A stretch of DNA of 64,000 bases, taken from contig JAHQWK010000029.1 in the NCBI GenBank assembly GCA_029856145.1, forward strand, positions 1-64,000, written 5' to 3'. This document shows, one piece after another, positions 59,306 through 64,000 of this stretch. Both the position numbers and the translations under genes were made by a program. Every line of letters starts with the position of its first letter. The first letter of the stretch is position 1. The DNA is from Promethearchaeia archaeon. Lineage in GTDB: Archaea; Asgardarchaeota; Lokiarchaeia; Sigyniarchaeales; SOKP01. Below the pieces are notes generated by a model. It was not told where the DNA came from. It ran no database searches and saw only the letters and a program-made list of their open reading frames with translations.

Positions 59306-60040
59306 ATGAGTAGAGATAAGCAATTAATAGAATTACTTCAAACGGGTTCACTCCGTGCTATAATATTTGATTTTGATGGAACTTTACTTGATATAAGAGA
59401 AATAATTGAAAAATCAATTGAAGAAATTTTAGGAGAAAAAAAATTAGATATTGATATGGAAACAACAATACAAGAAATTGGAGCTTTATTAGAAACTATT
59501 CAAGGATATCCTCTACCTAAGGTTTTACTGGAATCTTATGAAATATTTAATCATATAACAGCACTTGAAGGACTAACTTACTTTAAGAAGTTACAAATTG
59601 CGGTAAAGATTTTTGCTAAATATCTTGAATATGCAAAAGAAGCCCTATTTTTCCCTGCTGTGAAATCCTTATTAAAAAAACTAGGTAAATCGTCTGACCT
59701 CTTTATTGTTTCTCATAATAAAACAAACACAATAATGGATCATTTAGAAAAAGTAGGGTTTGAGAAAGTATTTAAAGGTGTTTATGGAAGCGATAAAATA
59801 CCTGTTCAAAAGCCAGATCCATTGTCACTTCAACCAACTTTAGAAAACTATGAAAAACGTCGTAGAGATGAATTTTTAATGATAGGTGATATGCCCTCAG
59901 ACATTACTGCCGGTCGAGAAGCTGGTTTTTGGACTATAGGAGTAACAAGCGGAGTAAGTAAGCATGAGATTTTAACAGAATATAACCCTGACCTCTTAAT
60001 TGAGTCTTTAGATGATTTATTAAAGATAGTAGAAAATTAA
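59306..60040 (+). CDS. HAD-superfamily hydrolase (phosphoglycolate phosphatase-like)
   Basis: FDFDGTL, KPDP, MIGDMPSDI.AG. Confidence 0.9.
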   Translation: MSRDKQLIELLQTGSLRAIIFDFDGTLLDIREIIEKSIEEILGEKKLDIDMETTIQEIGALLETIQGYPLPKVLLESYEIFNHITALEGLTYFKKLQIAVKIFAKYLEYAKEALFFPAVKSLLKKLGKSSDLFIVSHNKTNTIMDHLEKVGFEKVFKGVYGSDKIPVQKPDPLSLQPTLENYEKRRRDEFLMIGDMPSDITAGREAGFWTIGVTSGVSKHEILTEYNPDLLIESLDDLLKIVEN

Positions 60041-60275
60041 TGCTCTTTCTAAGTCGTTTATTTAAAATTAATCTCAAGTGGCTTTTTTTGGTGGTTTTTA
60101 ATTATTTCTAATTTAATTCTCAACAATCTCTCAATTTAAAACCCTAAGATAATCATACTTTTTCGCGTATGACTCAGATCATTAATTTTTTAAATAAACA
60201 AGTCTTTAAGTAAAATTAATTCAGCTGAGAATAAAGACTTATTATTAAATTTTAAAGCTTTTCTTAATAAAAAAA

Positions 60276-61943
60276 GTGAGAAATATGGAATTGGAAAAAA
60301 AAGGATACCAAATCGCAGAAGAAATGGAACGTAGAAAATCCACTGAAGATAAAATGCAAGAGGAACTAAAATACGAGAAGGAACATCAAGATTGGACATA
60401 TAAAATTCTGAAATATAATCCAATTGACCCACTCAATGACTTATATCGATATATCATCAAACGATTAGAGCTGAAACCAATCGAGGGACGGCTTCAATGG
60501 TGGATGGCTTATATTTACATCAAATGGGCTGCCCGAACGTTCTGGAACTTCAAAGCAGAATATCCTAAAGGAAACATGTTCCCAGAGTGGGGTCCGGGCA
60601 TCTTAGTCGGTAATCATGAAAGCCATTTGGACCCGTTCTTTTATGGAGCTGCGTGCCACAGGCGTATCCGGTACATGAGCAAATTGGATAATTTCAAAAC
60701 ACCCATTGTGAAAACTCTTTTTAATAATCTTGGTGCTTTTAAAATTGACCGAGAAAATCCAGAACGAGGATGGGAAAAGGCAAAAGAAATTATTAGAGGT
60801 GGAGAGTGGGTAGGGATATTTGCTGAAGCTACAAGGTCTAAGGATGGAGAGCTAGGTGAATTTAAAACTGGAGCTGTTCGGCTTGCTATTGAGATGGATG
60901 TTCCAATAGTTCCTATGGCTGTGATTGGTTCTAAAAATGCATTACCTAAAGGTAATCTAGTAATGAAACCAACTCAAGTAAAAGTACGAGTTGCTAATCC
61001 AATTTATTATCATGATTATGATATCAATACAATATCATATGAAGATATTCGTAGATTAACTGATGAATTGCGGAATACAGTATGGGAATTACGAGAGGGA
61101 CTTTATGGAAGGAAAGAAGATGAGGAACTTTCCATAGGTTCCCCTGAAGAAGTTGAGAAAGCCCCCAAATTTAATTTCATGAGATATTTGAAAGATCAAG
61201 CAAAAGGGGTTATCCGGTTCATAGATGATTCTTGGTACGCTCTTTTAAGGAGTTTAGAAGAATTTGGAGTTCGAGAGCAATTTCAAAGACCGGTACAATG
61301 TTTCTCAGGAGATTTAGTTTGTGAGTGGTCTAACCTCATGATGCCGTATAGGGTAATCGATTTTGAGAAATATATCCCTGCGGAAGGTGCTGCGCTTATA
61401 TGTCCAAGTCATAATTCAGAATGGGATGTGCTTATTCTAGCAGCAAGCATGATTCATCATCCACCAAGACGTGTAATGTATCAAATGGCAAAGCAATCAT
61501 TATTTAAAATTCCACTTGTTAATTCGTGGGTAAGAAATCATCATGCCTTTCCATTAAAACGAGGAGAACATGATGTAGACGCTTATAATTATGGAAAGAC
61601 ACTTCTCGAAGCCGGTGAAGTTGTTTGTACGTATCCAGAAGGAACGACTAATCTTGGAGGGGGTCATCTTTTAGAGGGGCATACTGGGCCCATACGGTTA
61701 GCAATAGAAACACAAGTACCTATAATCCCTATTGGGATTACTGGAACCGAGGAAACTTACCCAAAACACGCAAAAATGTTAAAGTTTTACAAAGGTCAAA
61801 TTTTAAAAGCTGGTCCACCATTTATGGAACATCAAAAATACTGGGGTAAACCAATGCCAGATTATGATGAGCTTAAAAGATTAACAACAAATATGATGGA
61901 TCAAATCAGAGATTTATTGTATTATGACACTCCCGATATATGA
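60276..61943 (+). CDS. Tandem two-domain PlsC-type lysophospholipid acyltransferase
   Basis: NHESHLD...FAEATRS...VPIVP and SHNSEWD...YPEGT...VPIIP. Confidence 0.88.
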   Translation: MRNMELEKKGYQIAEEMERRKSTEDKMQEELKYEKEHQDWTYKILKYNPIDPLNDLYRYIIKRLELKPIEGRLQWWMAYIYIKWAARTFWNFKAEYPKGNMFPEWGPGILVGNHESHLDPFFYGAACHRRIRYMSKLDNFKTPIVKTLFNNLGAFKIDRENPERGWEKAKEIIRGGEWVGIFAEATRSKDGELGEFKTGAVRLAIEMDVPIVPMAVIGSKNALPKGNLVMKPTQVKVRVANPIYYHDYDINTISYEDIRRLTDELRNTVWELREGLYGRKEDEELSIGSPEEVEKAPKFNFMRYLKDQAKGVIRFIDDSWYALLRSLEEFGVREQFQRPVQCFSGDLVCEWSNLMMPYRVIDFEKYIPAEGAALICPSHNSEWDVLILAASMIHHPPRRVMYQMAKQSLFKIPLVNSWVRNHHAFPLKRGEHDVDAYNYGKTLLEAGEVVCTYPEGTTNLGGGHLLEGHTGPIRLAIETQVPIIPIGITGTEETYPKHAKMLKFYKGQILKAGPPFMEHQKYWGKPMPDYDELKRLTTNMMDQIRDLLYYDTPDI

Positions 61944-62221
61944 ATTTCTAGTCGAGGTCAATTATTCCAAATTTATCTATTTCTTTAATCCAAAAGGCAA
62001 GACATAACTATCCTAATCTAAATTCCCTTCTTGATTATGAAGACAGTGCTTCAAAGAAAAATTCTTTTTGTATTTTATTAAATCACAATCTTGTACTTTA
62101 GATTATTTAATTTATACTTAGAATAAATTTCAAATTAAAATTAAAATAAAAAAAAATTTTAACTAAGCTGTATTAACAAATATGATACTCCTAATGTATG
62201 AGTTATTGGGGAATTAAATAA

Positions 62222-63277
62222 ATGGAAACAAGTGATTACTCAACCAAGAAAAAAAAAGTTGGAATTCCACGAGCCCTTCATTTTTATCGATATTTTCCTT
62301 TTTGGAAAAAATTACTTGAAGAATTAGATGTTGAACTCATTTTAAGTCCTCCAACTAATAAAAAAATAGTTGAGGAAGGTGTAACCCATGGATTTGGAGA
62401 ACTCTGTATCCCTGTAAAGATCTATTATGGTCAAGTATTAAAGTTAGTACAGGACCATCCAGATTTAGACTATATTTTTGTTCCGAGATATGTAGCAGAG
62501 GTAAAAGAGGCATATTTCTGTCCTAAATTTATATCGCTGCCTGATATTATTAAAATTTTACCAGAAGTGCCAAAAATATTAAACTTCGAAGTAAATGTAA
62601 AGGAGTTTCCAATTGCGACTTCAGCAATCGAGCTTGGAAAAGAATTAGGGAGAACTCAAAATCAATCTTTAAATGCGTATAGAGAAGCTCAAAAATATTT
62701 TGATGAATATCATAAATTCTTGAGAGAAGGAGCCCCTGTCAATCATGCTTTAAGATTAGTAGAAAGAAATAGACCTTTCACATTACCTAAGAAAAAACAT
62801 AAGGGAGATCTCAAATTTCTACTTCTTGGGCATGGTTATAATATTTTTGACACTTTTATTAATTTGGATTTCCAGAAAAAATTACATGATCAAGGTGTTG
62901 AGGTTCTAACAATAGAAAACTTGCCTGAATCTATTTTTAAAGTGCCAGTAATTATAAATAAACGTTTGAGGAACTACTGGAGACACGAGGAGGAGATATT
63001 GGCTGCAATCCGTTATTTTTTGACAAAGGGTCGTGATGAGATCGATGGGGTTATTTTTCTTATAAGTTTCGCGTGTGGTCCAGATAGTCTTATCTCAGAA
63101 CTAATCATGCGAGATATGAAAGTTGTAGGTTTACCTTTCTTGGAGATTACAATGGATGAACATTCGGGAGAGGCGGGAATGATTACGCGTATCGAGGCTT
63201 TTGTTGAAATGGCGCGTCGTAAGAAAAAGAAATTAGAATTGGACTCAAAAAAGACTAGTGCTGTTAAAACATTATGA
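62222..63277 (+). CDS. 2-hydroxyacyl-CoA dehydratase/activase-associated protein (DUF2229-like)
   Basis: VGIPRAL, ELCIPVK.YYG, FCPK, FACGPDS, DEHSGEAG..TRIEAF. Confidence 0.85.
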   Translation: METSDYSTKKKKVGIPRALHFYRYFPFWKKLLEELDVELILSPPTNKKIVEEGVTHGFGELCIPVKIYYGQVLKLVQDHPDLDYIFVPRYVAEVKEAYFCPKFISLPDIIKILPEVPKILNFEVNVKEFPIATSAIELGKELGRTQNQSLNAYREAQKYFDEYHKFLREGAPVNHALRLVERNRPFTLPKKKHKGDLKFLLLGHGYNIFDTFINLDFQKKLHDQGVEVLTIENLPESIFKVPVIINKRLRNYWRHEEEILAAIRYFLTKGRDEIDGVIFLISFACGPDSLISELIMRDMKVVGLPFLEITMDEHSGEAGMITRIEAFVEMARRKKKKLELDSKKTSAVKTL

Positions 63278-63292
63278 ATGAACGTTCGTTCA
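63275..63292. promoter_or_regulatory. Near-perfect 18-bp palindrome overlapping a stop codon
   Basis: TGAATGAACGTTCGTTCA. Confidence 0.45.
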
Positions 63293-63589
63293 ATTTCTTC
63301 TCATTCTTTATAACAAGGTAAAAAGAGCTGTATTTCTTTTTTATTAAAATTAAACAGATTTTTTAATAATCAATATTACTTAAAAATCTTTCGCTGATAA
63401 AAAAATTTTATTTATTTAAATAGACATTGATAATTAAAGATTTAATGAGCTTAATGTAATAATATCAGTAATCTTATTTTTCGTTGTAAAATGTTTAAAT
63501 ATATAATTATAATTTTATTTTCTTATTTATTTAAATCGATGACTATCTAAGTAAAGTGAAGATTAATGATATGGCAAAGCTGATGAATT

Positions 63590-64000
63590 ATGGCAAATAA
63601 GAGTCTTTCTAGAATTGAAAAACGCGAAATCCAATATTTCGAAGGGTTAGAGATTGGAGCCGTTTCTGTAAAATGGGTTCGTAGAACGCAAAACGGAGAG
63701 ATATTAAATGAAGTTGTGCGACATGAGGGTTCTCCAAGAGAAAAGATAAAGAAAATATTTGATCGTTATAATGTTGATATTAATTCAAATATCGTAATAA
63801 CTGGTCAGGCTACAAGCTTTTTTCTTAATTTACCATATATTTCAGAAGTAGAATGTTTAGAAAAGGCATTATCCTTCTATAATCTGAAGCCTGACATTCT
63901 GCTCTCACTTGGGGGAGAAACTTTTAGTGTTTATCCAATGAAGAATGGAATTATTAAAAACATTATATCAACTTCAAAATGTGCTGCTGGTACGGGTGAA
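63590..64000 (+). CDS. Acyl-CoA dehydratase activase (BadF/BadG/BcrA/BcrD ATPase), 3'-partial
   Basis: Not in the ORF track; translates GLEIGAVSVK...VITGQ...SEVECL...SLGGETF...KCAAGTGE and runs off the window. Confidence 0.88.
   Translation, partial: MANKSLSRIEKREIQYFEGLEIGAVSVKWVRRTQNGEILNEVVRHEGSPREKIKKIFDRYNVDINSNIVITGQATSFFLNLPYISEVECLEKALSFYNLKPDILLSLGGETFSVYPMKNGIIKNIISTSKCAAGTGE

Noticed and set aside
1194-60432. Short antisense or overlapping ORFs in the track (e.g. 1194..1469, 14974..15453, 23746..24174, 34688..35008, 45874..46092, 60190..60432)
   Set aside because: They are shadows of well-supported genes or low-complexity AT-rich frames with no motifs
1-64000. tRNA, rRNA, transposase, integrase or provirus
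   Set aside because: No GC-rich structured RNA segments or mobile-element motifs were seen; a tRNAscan-SE/Infernal run would confirm

Overview
AT-rich, gene-dense chromosomal segment from an Asgard archaeon, most likely Lokiarchaeia. The assignment rests on four small-GTPase proteins (plain, longin-fused, uDENN/folliculin-like-fused and RHH-fused), an NPRL2-like longin-wHTH protein, an IPGY-type C-terminal sorting signal, archaeal geranylgeranyl reductase, short XPF and PUA proteins, and archaeal TATA/GGTGA signals. About 55 CDS are present. They cover beta-oxidation, amino-acid fermentation (tryptophanase, HypD-like glycyl radical enzyme, dehydratase activase), lipid enzymes (GGR, double PlsC, steroid 5-alpha-reductase-like), nadB, a SIR2-TPR protein, tandem LMW phosphatases and tandem surface proteins. 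I found no rRNA, tRNA, CRISPR array or transposase. The top candidate novelty is a Ras/Rab-like GTPase with degenerate switch motifs fused to a ribbon-helix-helix DNA-binding domain (56242-57006). Its promoter carries two TATGTAC-N7-GTACATA palindromes flanking the TATA box, which suggests an autoregulated GTPase-type transcription factor, and an orphan CheR gene follows it. Signals missed by the ORF track include an in-frame TGA hiding a folliculin-like uDENN domain, ATA/ATT start codons, a 14-bp inverted repeat around a divergent promoter, and a C-terminal W-x-x-K-L domain shared by two unlinked proteins. All calls come from reading motifs by eye; no searches were run.
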